Positions 34,356 through 45,952 of a stretch of 64,000 nt of DNA are shown here, one piece after another; the first letter of the stretch is position 1, and the number at the start of each line of letters is the position of its first letter. Source of the DNA: Haliotis asinina (taxonomy: Eukaryota); contig NC_090294.1 of NCBI RefSeq assembly GCF_037392515.1, positions 7,393,870 to 7,457,869 on the forward strand. The letters run 5' to 3'. The position numbers and the translations under genes were made by a program. The notes under the pieces are model-generated. The model was not told the DNA's origin. It saw only the letters and a program-made list of their open reading frames with translations, and searched no databases.

Positions 34356-34969
34356 GTAGTTCTTAATACCTCAGGATTTTGAATACTGGACATTTCTTTG
34401 CTGAGTGGTCTATTTATTGATATAGTGTGCTGTTTGTGTAATCTGCTAGACAATAGATGTCTCTTAAATTTGGCTCCCTGTGAAATATGGTCCCTCATAA
34501 CTGTGATTCCCATAAGATGTGACAAATGCAAATAAAAGATAATTATCAGTTTATTCGCTTCTTCAATACTGAACAAATAACATGTTCTGACAAACATGTA
34601 CTTGGGTAACATATTCTCTGCCAACATTCAAAATAGACGTGTTCTCTCAGATGATGCATTAACTCTACCCCAGGTCCCATTTCAAAAGCAGTCATTTCAT
34701 GACTGAGAAGTCAGTGTGTAGTATATGACTCATGACAGTCACAGAGCTCACACACCTTGTCAATATGATTCTTAAGACCCCATGCAGTACACCATTGCCC
34801 AGCATAGCTAAGAGACAAGCACAGTTGAACAAGATGCATGCATAAACCTGACTGAAAGAATCTTTATTTGTTTGCAGCAATGTACATTGCAAATCTTTGT
34901 AGATGTTTGCATTGCATGATTATTGGAATAATATATCAGTGGATTGATGATTTGTTCACTGATCAACAG

Positions 34970-35094
34970 GAGATCCGCTATTTCCGAGGACATGCCGACG
35001 CCATTGCTGATGTGTGTTTCGTAGGGAAAGGCGTGCTGTGCAGTGCATCACTTGACAACACCTTGTGTCTTTGGCATGTGGATGATGGACACAG
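34970..35094 (+). CDS. TEP1: TEP1 exon, WD40
   Basis: Encodes EIRYFRGHADAIADVCFVGKGVLCSASLDNTLCLWHVDDGH, matching human SVVSGCDGISACLFLSDDTLFLTAFDGLLELWDLQHG. Donor GTAAGC. Confidence 0.8.
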
Positions 35095-35664
35095 GTAAGC
35101 TACAGAAAGAGATGAAGGAGTTGTTTTCAAGGAGACAAATATGTCTGTTCATTAAGCAGTTTTTATATGATAATTACTCTAAACTTGCGCTTTGGTTTAC
35201 AAAATCATGTTGAATTAGTTTATAACAAGCTTGCTAGCATTTGACAGAAGAGCCAGAGGTGTTCATTATTCAGGGTGATTGTATGATGGCCACATTCCAT
35301 ACTTCTAGTGGAAGCTGTCAAAACCGGCATTTGTCCTATCTGGCAAGTTGTCAACACCGGCATAAAATCTCAGTCCCGTCGGTAGCTTGTACATGTATTA
35401 TCAGCTCTGCAATTTGGCACATTGTCTAAACTGGGTTATTTCTTCAGTCACAATGAGTGCTGGTTTAGACAGCTTCCACTGTATTCTGATCAAGTTCTCA
35501 ATGCTTCTGTCTTGATAATATATTGGAAGTGAATTAAACAGAAAAAAAACAAGACACATAGCAAACATTATATATCTTGTCACACCGGAATATTGGCAAA
35601 TTCTGATGTCTAAATATGGGTGACACAAGGTTTATCTCAGAACCTTAATGCGTATGTATTTCAG

Positions 35665-35814
35665 AATCGCCGTACTGAAGGATCACCAGCGTCGGGTGAA
35701 CTCGTGCACTGCAGACCAGTCTGGTAAACTGCTAGCATCTGGAGGATGGGACTGTCAGATCAAGGTGTGGAACACCAGCACCACAGAGATTGTCTGCCAC
35801 CTGAATGCAGAGAG
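35665..35814 (+). CDS. TEP1: TEP1 exon, WD40
   Basis: Encodes RIAVLKDHQRRVNSCTADQSGKLLASGGWDCQIKVWNTSTTEIVCHLNAE, matching human RVLQTKAHQYQITGCCLSPDCRLLATVCLGGCLKLWDT. Donor GTGAGA. Confidence 0.85.
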
Positions 35815-35844
35815 GTGAGAGAATGTATCACAAACTGATGTAGT

Positions 35845-35970
35845 GAGTTGGTTAGAGGTCAGATTAATGCTAGTAATTTTGTGCCAACCACTGGATTGTC
35901 TGGTCCATACTTGAGTATTTGCAGATTGATGCCATATATGTGGAACATTGCTGAGTATGGTGTAAAACAG
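35845..35970 (+). mobile_element. SINE body/tail type, plus, in TEP1 intron 35
   Basis: Reads gccaaccactggattgtctggtccatacttgagtatttgcagattgatgccatatatgtggaacattgctgagtatggtgtaaaacagcaaac. Confidence 0.55.
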
Positions 35971-36070
35971 CAAACAAAACACTACCTCACTTAAATAGTG
36001 CCAAAAACATGACAATCCTTTAATAATCTATGGTGGCTTACTATGCAACAATGTCATGTGTTTTTTGCAG

Positions 36071-36176
36071 CCCGGTCAACTGCGTGGACTTCCACCCCGA
36101 GGGTCAGCTGATTGTGGCTGGAGGCTGGGATTCCACGCTGAAGATCTATGACGTCTTCCATAAACAGAGGAAGGCT
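36071..36176 (+). CDS. TEP1: TEP1 exon, WD40
   Basis: Encodes SPVNCVDFHPEGQLIVAGGWDSTLKIYDVFHKQRKA, matching human SLNCVAFHPEGQVIATGSWAGSISFFQV. Donor GTAAGT. Confidence 0.9.
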
Positions 36177-36409
36177 GTAAGTATTCTAGATATTCATCTT
36201 GACCAGCTTAAGGCCAAAATTCAGCCAAACATCTGCAACAAACAATTAAATGTTTCCCACTTGAACCTGTCATGGAGAATTTATGGCTTTTCAGAGATGA
36301 CTTCTGATAGCAGGAATAAGGAAGAGGATGATCTTAACATTATGTCATTGAATGCAGAGTTAAAATTCATTCCTAAATACCTCAGAATTTCACAAAATGA
36401 GAACTTAAA

Positions 36410-36570
36410 CCTATACCATATATGTGGAACATTGCTGAGTATGGTGTTAAACAGCAAACAAAACACTGCCTCACTTAAATGGTGCCAAAAACATGACTAT
36501 CCTTTAATAATCGATGGTGGCTTACTGTGCAACTATGTCATATGTTTTTGTGCAGCCCGGTCAATTGCGT
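36410..36570 (+). repeat. Micro-duplication of about 165 bp in intron 36. It copies 35930-36090, i.e. the SINE tail, the intron 35 3' end, the exon-36 acceptor and the first 20 nt of exon 36.
   Basis: About 93 percent identity. The duplicated end reads gtttttgtgcagcccggtcaattgcgtggac, against the original gttttttgcagcccggtcaactgcgtggac. Confidence 0.8.
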
Positions 36571-36786
36571 GGACAAAAAACAAGAACAAAAAAATTGAAT
36601 ATTTTACTAGGATTCTCCTTAAGCAAATATTTATCGAATATCAATCAAAGTCTTCTAGAATAGAAAATTCACTGTTGAAATTCATGGTTAAATTTATTTT
36701 AACAATCCTCAGTCCCTTGTTTAAGTATATCATGTGTGTTAAGATCAAGTGGATTTTCTGTTGTATATGTATGTGGAATGTTACAG

Positions 36787-36906
36787 GTCCTTCGAGGTCA
36801 TAGTTCATCTGTGCGGGACGTGGCCTTCTCCCCGTCGGGAAGACATATTGCCTCAGCAGCGCTGGATGGTGATGTAAAGATCTGGTCTGCTACAAATGGT
36901 TCTCAA
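36787..36906 (+). CDS. TEP1: TEP1 exon, WD40
   Basis: Encodes VLRGHSSSVRDVAFSPSGRHIASAALDGDVKIWSATNGSQ. Acceptor gttacag, donor GTATGT. Confidence 0.85.
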
Positions 36907-37119
36907 GTATGTAGAATAATTGGACAGGCTCACACATTGTTATAACATGAAGTTGTATAAATGAATATATACTATTACCCTGTGAACAGTAAGTGCAGAT
37001 CCAGTGACAGGAGGGACAAGATCTATGATGTAATTGCACTGAAGCAGATATTGTTTGAAAACTCACTTGTACAAGTTTTTTTGAAAATGGAAATATAACA
37101 AACCATATATTTAGACCAT

Positions 37120-37172
37120 GATGAATGAACGAATGAATGAATGAATGAGATGGATGGATGGACGGACGGACA
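37120..37172. repeat. (ATGA)n/(GGAT)n/(GGAC)n compound microsatellite
   Basis: Reads atgaatgaacgaatgaatgaatgaatgagatggatggatggacggacggac. Confidence 0.9.
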
Positions 37173-37417
37173 GAGAGATAAATAGATAAATATCATGTGG
37201 TGAAACTAAATTCTTGAGTGTAATGGCCAGTATACATTTACACTGTATTCTTAAGTGCGAAAGAAAAGTGATATTTTCAGTGCACCGTAAAGGTATTCCA
37301 GTATTTTGTGCTTACTTCTGCCTCTTTGTGTCAGTTTAACCCTACTGTGTGTGTGGCATTATCAAAGAAGTTGATATTATTTTGACATTGATGCTGATTA
37401 TGTTTGCTTGATTTCAG

Positions 37418-37516
37418 GTTGGAAACATCTGTGGTCATTCCCTGCCTATCAACAAACTGACCTTCACCCCTACAGGGAAAGAACTGGTCACTGTCAGTGA
37501 TGACCATAAGATTAAG
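37418..37516 (+). CDS. TEP1: TEP1 exon, WD40
   Basis: Encodes VGNICGHSLPINKLTFTPTGKELVTVSDDHKIK. Acceptor atttcag, donor GTCAGT. Confidence 0.8.
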
Positions 37517-38022
37517 GTCAGTTAAACGATGTTTTCACCTGTATTTAAATCCTTAGTAGACTGATTTTAAAGTCAGTTCAGATTTTGATTGTTCAGTATG
37601 TATATTTCCTTGTGGAGTTCATGTTAGAATAGGTACTGTACCTTGACATTGTGGTATGGTGGTCCTTGGAACTTCAGAGTTAAAATTCAGGTCAGCTTTA
37701 TTTCAGCCTTATGTGGACAAGACCAAGCTCACACTTATGCGCAAGCTTCAAGTAATAGGACAGACTAGATTATATACAAGCTACAGTTTTTGTATACAGT
37801 AGCTAGCACTAACACTACCTGCAGTTCAGGTGCCTACTGCATCATAGTAAAACTGGTTAGGCCAACAGAAACTGTCACTACATGTAGTCCATTCCTTTTA
37901 ATTGTCTTGTGCAAGTGGAAGTAAGTTTTTTAATGCTAATTTTGTTTGCAGTAGGCACTTCTCTGTGTGTATGTATTGCTGTTACATATTACGTGACTTT
38001 CTTGACCTTCACTGACCTCCAG

Positions 38023-38170
38023 GTGTGGTCAGGACACCTAGGAGTTCCCCTACACTGCCTCGGGTCAGAGAAGAATGGACCGGTCACTTCAGTAGCACTC
38101 TCTCCCCAAGGAGATCTGGTTGCCGCGGGATACCATGAGGGCCATGTCCGAGTCTTTGATGTCAACACAG
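38023..38170 (+). CDS. TEP1: TEP1 exon, WD40
   Basis: Encodes VWSGHLGVPLHCLGSEKNGPVTSVALSPQGDLVAAGYHEGHVRVFDVNT, matching human VQVWSGSLGRPRGHLGSLSLSPALSVALSPDGDRVAVGYRADGIRIY. Donor GTAGGA. Confidence 0.9.
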
Positions 38171-38656
38171 GTAGGAATTCAGCAATCAAACAGATACACA
38201 AGGGGCATGACTGATGTACAGATTGGAATGGATGACATGGATTGTTATGTAAATATAATGCATGGATGTTGTTGAATCGTAGACGATGTTACCAAATATG
38301 AAGTGAAATGGATGGTGGTGCTTTTTGATGTTATCACAGATGAAAGTGAATGAGATGTTGCTGTAATTCTGTTGCGTCTTTTTGCTTTGCGTACAGTTGT
38401 GATGTAATGGGTTTCCATGACATTACTTATCTCTGAAGCTTTTTAAATGTACTTTTTGCACTTAAGACACTGCTTATAACGGTTTACAGACTACATTTCA
38501 GAGAATGATTTTTCATGTTTATTAGCACCCTATCGATTGTGTTAATGCTAGGCTTCAGAGCTAGAAACATGGGAACTTTTGTTGATATGTTTGATGTGAA
38601 AAGACAGTGGTGTGAGAGATTCATAGATTGAAAACTTGACCCACATTACACTGTAG

Positions 38657-38763
38657 GCATGCAGCTAGCTGAAGTGAAGCATCACACTGCAGCTGTGAGA
38701 GCTCTAGCCTACAGTCGGGACGGACGCTACATCTTCACAGGTGCTGACGACAACATGGTGCTG
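38657..38763 (+). CDS. TEP1: TEP1 exon, WD40
   Basis: Encodes GMQLAEVKHHTAAVRALAYSRDGRYIFTGADDNMVL, matching human ALDVAVSALAWLSPKVLVSGAEDGSL. Donor GTGAGT. Confidence 0.85.
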
Positions 38764-39194
38764 GTGAGTAGCAGTTGTGGTTGAGTCATGCCGTCTTTTG
38801 TAATGCAAGATATGAGCAACCAATACCTATGCCGATTTCGGAAGAAAGTCTGAATCATACCCTTGGAGTTTTGTGTGTATTTGTCACCCAGTCACTCTCA
38901 ATTGGTTTCCAATACTGTAATAATAACCTATAACATACATCAGACATATAAGTCAGTATCTTAAGAGTTGATTGTCTTGTATTTAGTAGTAATATTGTCA
39001 GCAGATGCTGGATAGGACAATGAGTAGTATAGGGAATGAGGGTTCCAATACAGGGTCCCCTGATGGTGTCATTGTGTCTATTTAAGCACCCTAAATATAG
39101 GGTACATCCAGTGATGGTTCAGAGCAAAAGAGACAGTTTTTAAACCCCCACTTAACTGGACACAATTCCACCATCAGGGCATCCTATATTTGAA

Positions 39195-39425
39195 CTCCCA
39201 TGTCCTATACTACTCGATGGATGAAAGGCGACTATGCTTGTCGTAAGAGGTGACTAATGGGATCGGGTGGTCAGGCTCGCTGACTTGGTTGATGCATGTC
39301 ATCGGTTCCCAATTCCGTAGATCAATGCCTATATTGTTGATCCCTGGATTGTCTGGTCCAGACTTTTTTAACAGACTGCCGCCATATAGCTGGAATATTG
39401 CTGAGTGCGGCGTAAAACTGGTATA
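39195..39425 (+). mobile_element. SINE body/tail type, plus, in TEP1 intron 40
   Basis: Reads gaaaggcgactatgcttgtcgtaagaggtgactaatgggatcgggtggtcaggctcgctgacttggttgatgcatgtcatcggttcccaatt...ctggattgtctggtccagac...gccgccatatagctggaatattgctgagtgcggcgtaaaact. Confidence 0.65.
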
Positions 39426-39481
39426 TAGTGTTAATGTCAATGTGCAAATGTTTGACGAAACTTGTATATATCTATGTTCAG

Positions 39482-39639
39482 ATGTTAGATGGAACCACTG
39501 CCACTAAAGCTGCTTCTCTAGAGGGACACACCATGCCAGTCCTGTGTGTAACGGTCACTGCCAAGTACGTGGCAACCTGCGGAGAGGACTTCACCTGCCT
39601 CATCTTTCCATCTCCCAAGGAGTGTAAGAAAATTCTCAG
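39482..39639 (+). CDS. TEP1: TEP1 exon, WD40
   Basis: Encodes MLDGTTATKAASLEGHTMPVLCVTVTAKYVATCGEDFTCLIFPSPKECKKIL, matching human LGLATSQELLASASEDFTVQLWP. Donor GTAAAC. Confidence 0.85.
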
Positions 39640-40156
39640 GTAAACTGGTTCATTTTCTGTATACATGCCTTGACCAAGTTAATTCAGAACATAATTGGAT
39701 GAAATTTATTAAAGGTGATTGTGGAAACATGTGAAAGCTTGTGAATGTCTTGTCTCAGATTTAGTGCCTGATATTTGGAGTGGGGATTCATCTAAGGGTT
39801 GCCAGCAGTGGAGGTCCTGTAAAAGAAGACAGCAGTTCTGCAGAAAGTTTGGCGATGACTTGTTTTGTTTTTCAAAGATCATGTTTTAGATTTTAGCTGT
39901 GGAGAGAGTGACTAAATAGTCTTGTCTTGTCTTGCTCTTTGTGAGGACATTAAAAATGGTTTAACACTAATTGGAGAACTGCACTCAGTATTTCCTTGAA
40001 GAAGGTGAATGGTTTTATTACCACACCCTAGCATGCCTTCTGTTTTAACAAGTCATCATCCAAAAATCAAATCCAGCTTGTCAGGAATGAACCACTCAAA
40101 GAAATGTATGTACTGTAACTAGATTAGGTAATGGTGTATTGACGATGTATTTTCAG

Positions 40157-40256
40157 ACCATCCCCAATGGCTACTCTGAAGGGTCACACTGCCCCAGTGA
40201 CCAGCTGCTCCTTCAACTCAAACCAGACTAAACTGGCTACTGCCAGTCGAGATGCA
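40157..40256 (+). CDS. TEP1: TEP1 exon, WD40
   Basis: Encodes RPSPMATLKGHTAPVTSCSFNSNQTKLATASRDA, matching human ELRGHEGPVSCCSFSTDGGSLATGGRDRS. Donor GTAAGT. Confidence 0.9.
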
Positions 40257-40974
40257 GTAAGTAGTAACGCATCAGTACTCAAGGGGACCTTATTTATTTT
40301 ATCCTCCAAAACTGGAGATACCAGGTGGCTGAGATAAGTATTTTACCTCCCAGAAAGCATTTCTTCACTGAAATAGAATCCTTTGAATTAATTCAAATTC
40401 TGTCAGAGGTATTTTGGCCTTTGTAAATATTTGCCCTTACCACTGGACAACCAAGCAGAACGAGGGGAACAGATGCATTCCAGAACTAAGCAAACTGGCA
40501 GTTACTAAACAAAGGGCTAAGAGAGTTAGCTAAGGGCCATAGCCAAACTTGGATCACATAACTTTGGATGAAAGTTTGTGAACAAATTTGATATGAACTA
40601 AATATTCTTTCTGAAGAATGCAATATGCGTTCATCCTGCTTACGTTTTTTCACTAACAGAATGATGATGGAGTCTCTGAACAGCACTTAGAACCTGATGA
40701 AGGAGTAAGGACTTGCTCCAAAATGTTGTGTCCATCACAATAGTGGACATCCATAAAAGTCTTGCCTTTCAAATCATAGTAGTCAATAAACGTGTTAGTG
40801 TCCATGCACAATGACGAGAAATGCACTTAAGAAAGTTTGTTATTGTAGGCTTGACGCAAGAGATGATCCTTGAGGAGAGCCTTGAACTTAAGACAGAAAG
40901 GAAATGTTTTGAGCTCAAATGTAAGATCTTTGCCCATGCCATACTGACCTGACAATATGATTTTCTTTCTTCAG

Positions 40975-41100
40975 TCTGTGATGATATGGGACATGTTCCA
41001 AGCTTTGGTGGACACTGATGCCACGGCAGAGCGGACTCTTCATGCTTGCCACAATGACTGGATCAACTCCTGCAGGTGGTCCAACATCGGTGACTTCCTG
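40975..41100 (+). CDS. TEP1: TEP1 exon, WD40
   Basis: Encodes SVMIWDMFQALVDTDATAERTLHACHNDWINSCRWSNIGDFL, matching human LLCWDVRTPKTPVLIHSFPACHRDWVTGCAWTKDNLL. Donor GTATGA. Confidence 0.9.
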
Positions 41101-41405
41101 GTATGACAGTCTCAACTTACAAAACTAGACTTAAGCATTTAGAACTTGCACTGGAGCAACCTGAAACTGCCAGTTGCAACCTCTTATTTATACCAACTTA
41201 CACATATTGCATGTCAGTATTTTCAGAATGTCAAATCTGTTAATTTATCCAGAAATAATCATGTTGATTATTTATGCTTTTAAGAAAAACATTACAAAAC
41301 TGATAAGATATTTATGTAAAGAGAAAGTTAGTGTTGTATTAATTCTTAGCAATTATTTAACACTTTCATCATATCCAACTTTGTGATGACTTCCTTGTTC
41401 CCTAG

Positions 41406-41513
41406 GTAACAGGCTCCAATGATTTCAACCTGAAGGTGTGGGATATAAAGACCGGAACAGAGAAGAAGAAAATGACTGGGCACATGTCTGCAGTCAATTC
41501 GGTGGCATACCAG
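41406..41513 (+). CDS. TEP1: TEP1 exon, WD40
   Basis: Encodes VTGSNDFNLKVWDIKTGTEKKKMTGHMSAVNSVAYQ, matching human ISCSSDGSVGLWDPESGQRLGQFLGHQSAVSAVAAV. Donor GTAAAA. Confidence 0.9.
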
Positions 41514-41634
41514 GTAAAAGACTCATCTTCTTAGAAAAAATATTAAGCATTTGTATATGAATCATTTAAGTACAGGTGTATCATGTCCAGTGGGGATATG
41601 TCATGTGTTTAAGAGTGGATGTTTCATGTTTCAG

Positions 41635-41785
41635 TATGGATGTATTGTGTCAGCGTCCAGTGATGGCCATGTAAAGGTGTGGTCACAGAAGGGAACAGAG
41701 ATCACCACCCTGCTTGGACACACACAGAGGGTCAACAGCTGTGACATCGTGGTCAAGGTCAAACAAGGGTCATCTTTGGAAGATG
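41635..41785 (+). CDS. TEP1: TEP1 exon, WD40
   Basis: Encodes YGCIVSASSDGHVKVWSQKGTEITTLLGHTQRVNSCDIVVKVKQGSSLED, matching human VVSVSRDGTLKVWDHQGVELTSIPAHSGPISHCA. Donor GTAAGT. Ends in phase 1. Confidence 0.9.
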
Positions 41786-42156
41786 GTAAGTATTTTACAC
41801 CAACTGTGTGCTTATGTTCAAGCCACTGACTGCCTCACAACTCAGTATGCAACCTAATGCTGTAATGTCATTAAAATATTCCCAAAGTGCAATAAAAAAC
41901 AAAATGATAATTTTTGTCATCTGGTTAAAAGTAATGTTAAGGCTCAAGAAAAAAACCCTTGCCATTCTCCTTGTCAGACTAAATAAACACACTATATCAT
42001 GGTTGCTTATATGATATGTACATACAGTTAAGGTGAATCAATTCTTTTGTGACAACATATAAACATGACCACTCTAAATGGCTACAGTGTCACATTATCA
42101 TACTTTACACGACCCTTATTGGTGATATGTTTGTGACTTCTCCTTGCATCTTTCAG

Positions 42157-42302
42157 CCAATGTGGACGAGACAATGGACTGGTCAGCTCCAGAGATTGAT
42201 TCCCCAGACAAGAAGTCTGGAAGATTGGACATCAAGATGCAGGATGTCATCGTGGCCACATGTTCTGATGATGGTCTTCTGAGACTGTGGAAACCACTCC
42301 AG
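42157..42302 (+). CDS. TEP1: TEP1 exon, WD40
   Basis: Encodes ANVDETMDWSAPEIDSPDKKSGRLDIKMQDVIVATCSDDGLLRLWKPLQ, matching human LLVVTVGLDGATRLWHPLL. Donor GTAGGC. Confidence 0.85.
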
Positions 42303-43022
42303 GTAGGCACAGCAGTGTTGTAGACTTCCATTTAAAGAAGCCACAGTTTACCTCAAATTCCTCAATATGTGAATTGGCCCATCAGTATTGTCAAATTATG
42401 GCTAGTCAGGTTATTATGGAAAGAGAAATTATTAAAGACTTGGCCTCATATTGTTTCTTTGAAGGACATTCAGAACAGGAATGCACAAGAATAGCCTTCT
42501 TGAAAGAAAGAAAGATTTCTGGATGTCAGCTTGAAAGTGAACACAATGTTTTGTAGTCTATGCCTGCTCATTCATCACCTGATGAAGGAGCAAGCATACA
42601 CTCCGAAACATTGTGTTATTATGTCGTACTCCTTCAAAATTCTGCGTACACCTCCTATTGCAATATGAGGTGTAAGTACACCCATACCCCAGAAAGTTAT
42701 CTGATTTAAGGTATTTTGTATCCATGTCATTTCTAAAAAATTTGGATATGTTTGATCTTTGATGTGGATATGTTTGATATTTGATCTGGATATATTTGAA
42801 AATCAGACATGGAATCTTACTCTCCTATTTATATTTCCCAGTGTATTTTTTCAGTTCAATAGAACACATGTTGCACAAATAAGATAGGGGTGCTCTCTCC
42901 ATTGTGTTTACATACTGAAGTGAATAATTAGAAATCATGAACATAGGAGGGGGGACATCAGGGTTTTTTTAAGTAAAAACTAAGTTTCATTAAAAATATA
43001 TCCCTAAAATTGCTCCTTCCAG

Positions 43023-43234
43023 GCAAATGAGTTGGCATCTCTGACAGGGCACTCTGACCGTGTGTTGTCAGTAGCAACAGACCAGTATGGCAATGTCTGC
43101 AGCTGCTCATTAGACAAATCAGTGAGACTTTGGACCCCACAGCTCAGTGAAGAACGTGTCATTGGTCGCCATAATGCTGACATCACCTTCTGTGTCGCCT
43201 CTCCAGATAGTGCTGCTGTTCTCACAGGAAGCCG
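43023..43234 (+). CDS. TEP1: TEP1 exon, WD40
   Basis: Encodes ANELASLTGHSDRVLSVATDQYGNVCSCSLDKSVRLWTPQL...ADITFCVASPDSAAVLTGS, matching human LLGHSGPVRAAAVSETSGLMLTASEDGSVRLWQVP...AVTAVAWAPDGSMAVSGN. Donor GTATGT. Confidence 0.9.
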
Positions 43235-43921
43235 GTATGTGATGAAAGATTGTAAATGCCATAACGATTTTATTTCTTGTTTTACAGATGTTTGTCCTCA
43301 GAAAACCTGAAGGCATGGGAATGTTTTTATGAAATATCTGCAGTCAAAGTAATATTCCTTTTTAATACTAAAAGTACTTTACTTTGGGCAATTTATGAAG
43401 TATGGTTGGGGCACAAATCAATGAAAAAATATTTTTTGGGTAATTTTACATATTTAGCCAGTAAAAACATAAGTAAATTATTTTCTTATCAGGGAAAAAT
43501 AACTTTTATCATTTCTTTCTTTTTCTTGAAAAAACACTATCATCACGATCCATAAAATAAGAAATAAAATTGGCCTGTCTAGCCTGATGTTGAAAAACGA
43601 AACAGAAAATAGTATTCCCACATGACAAGGTTTGTCATCTTAATGCATCATTTGATGTTTACAAGTACATTGGAAGGCAGCTTGAGCAGCATTGCAAGGG
43701 AATACATGTATATACTTTTATGTTTAAATTGTTTTAAAGTCTGTCTAATCAAAACAAATGTGGGATACGCTAGTGGTATGTATGTGAATTCATAGGTCTT
43801 TATTCACTGTAAACATGTTGTCCTACAAATTATTTCTGAGATCTGAAGGACAGTTGTATTTATTGAAGATTTCATACAGATGCTGTGATATGTGTTTGTG
43901 TAACCTTATTTTCTAACCTAG

Positions 43922-43991
43922 GGATGGTATCGTGAAGATATGGACCATGGACCCGGTCACCAACGAGAGAGCATGTACCTATAGCTTCCAG
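43922..43991 (+). CDS. TEP1: TEP1 exon, WD40
   Basis: Encodes RDGIVKIWTMDPVTNERACTYSFQ, matching human AGELILWQEAKAVATAQ. Acceptor ttctaacctag, donor GTAACA. Confidence 0.8.
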
Positions 43992-44194
43992 GTAACACGT
44001 CCTGATGAGTTATCTCCCCTTAGTATATTCCTGGGACCTGATTGTATACACTTAATTTTGGATATAAATTTGTTTGGTTTTATGTTTTAGTGAACTTAAA
44101 TTAGTAAGCCTTACATAAACTAAAAAAAAATTGTTTTTCATGATCTCCTGCAGCTTTGAGAAACATGATATCACCCAGGAATGACATGATGTAT

Positions 44195-44345
44195 TGAAGG
44201 GCCTCGTATCCCAATTGCATAGATCAATGCTCATGCTGTTGTTCACTGGATTGTCTGGTCCAGACTCAAGTTTTAGCAGACCGCTGCCACATAGCTGGAA
44301 TATTGCTGAGTGCAATGTAAAACTAAACTCACTCTCTCAATCCTG
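44195..44345 (+). mobile_element. SINE body/tail type, plus, in TEP1 intron 48
   Basis: Reads gatcaatgctcatgctgttgttcactggattgtctggtccagactcaagttttagcagaccgctgccacatagctggaatattgctgagtgcaatgtaaaactaaactcactc. Confidence 0.65.
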
Positions 44346-44635
44346 ATATCTCAAAAGTATGGATCTTATATCTGTACCTATATGTCAAGCATAAAGATTA
44401 GATTGATTAAAATCAGATATGTTATTTTGCACAGGGAATGAACAAGGAAACTTCATGATTTCAAAACTTGTTTATTCACGTTATTTATCCAATCAGATAA
44501 TTCATTAATTCATTAATTCTCCAGTATCACATAATGTTGTCATCTGTCATACAATTTTCCATTTCTTTCTTATAGGTTTTGAAAGAATAGGCACAAATGT
44601 TTTGTCAGATGTGTAGTATATTATCTTTTTTTCAG

Positions 44636-44763
44636 GCCCATGAAAAATCAGTGAATGCTGCCTGTTTCGTGAACCGACAGGGTGGCAAGTTTGCCACAGG
44701 TTCTGATGACACCACTATCATCGTATGGGACATCATTAAAAGAAGAGATACCTTCCTAGTCAA
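44636..44763 (+). CDS. TEP1: TEP1 exon, WD40
   Basis: Encodes AHEKSVNAACFVNRQGGKFATGSDDTTIIVWDIIKRRDTFLV. Human has GHIGALIWSSAHTFFVLSADEKISEWQVKL. Donor GTAAGC. Confidence 0.8.
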
Positions 44764-45408
44764 GTAAGCCATGTTTATAATGATCAGACTAAACAGAAGG
44801 ATATGCGAGAATGGAAACGAATGACTTCAACTTCAACTCACATAGGAGTCAAAAATTAATGTCTGTTTTAGTTAAAATCAAATCAGTTTTCATCCTACTT
44901 CACTGACTATGTGTTTACTCAGACAAGTTTAGTTTGTAAATAGGCAAATAATACATTTTTTGTTTTGTTTTGGGTGGTGGTTGAAATGAAAGAGTTTTAC
45001 ATAAGCAAATTTCAAATTTATGTGATGACAATATATGGATGAACAACTTCTTTATTTCTATGAGAGGTTTCGGTGTAGGTTCTAACACCATTATCAAGCA
45101 AGTGTTGAACCCACCATTCCAATTACTGCATGTTTTCTCCAACTCATGAGTCAAAACTAACTCTTAACGAACGATGACAATATATGGATGAACAACTTCT
45201 TTATTTCTATGAGAGCGACATTTCGGTGTAGGTTCTAACGCCATTATCAAGCAAGTGTTAAATCCTACACCGAAACGTTGTTCTTGTAGCAGTAAAGAAG
45301 TCCTTCATCCATATATTGTCATCATTCCTTACTCCTCCAACTTCTAAATGTCTCTCAAAGAAGTCAAAACTTTTCGTTTAATATGAGAGTTCCATCTGTC
45401 ACTTTCAG

Positions 45409-45564
45409 GAAAGGAAAAGTGTTCAGCGTCATGACTCCTGTGACATCCCTGGCATGGAATGACAAGTACCCATCCAAGTCTGGGCTTACATTTTTCTCTG
45501 CAGAATGGAATGGCACCATCAACGTGTGGAACACAGACTATGGCACACCTGTTAATACAATTAG
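45409..45564 (+). CDS. TEP1: TEP1 exon
   Basis: Encodes KKGKVFSVMTPVTSLAWNDKYPSKSGLTFFSAEWNGTINVWNTDYGTPVNTI. Human has RKGSAPGNLSL...LTSLDWAPDG. The donor GTGCAG is weak. Confidence 0.65.
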
Positions 45565-45828
45565 GTGCAGTAACATTTTCTTGTCGAGAATTTTCTGGTT
45601 GTAAATGGAACAAACATATATCCCAAAATCTAGTAATGAAATTCTCTCTTCACAGAGAAAAATCCATCACTATTATTTGTAAAAGAATTGTTATTCACTG
45701 TTGATTAGATGCAACACCAGATCCATGCTGTTGTTAGGTTTTGCTCCAAGACAATGCTTAGTCTCCCATGCTGCAGACTCCTTGACAAAGTGACAAGATC
45801 TTACAATTTCTTTACAATTTACTTCCAG

Positions 45829-45952
45829 GAACCCAGCCACAGGTGGCTTCTACAACAGTTGGTCAACCAGACTGACCTTCTCCGACCAGGAGCTTCTCAC
45901 AGCCGGCACAGACAGCAAGGTCGTTATCATGGATGTTGGACCAGTACTGCAA
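45829..45952 (+). CDS. TEP1: TEP1 exon
   Basis: Encodes RNPATGGFYNSWSTRLTFSDQELLTAGTDSKVVIMDVGPVLQ, a WD-like block. Acceptor acttccag, donor GTGAGT. Frame chosen by phase. Confidence 0.7.

Noticed and set aside
36030-36803. 257-aa plus-strand ORF
   Set aside because: It is a read-through of TEP1 exon 36 into intron 36, including the duplicated pseudo-exon. Only 36071-36176 is supported by homology and splice signals.
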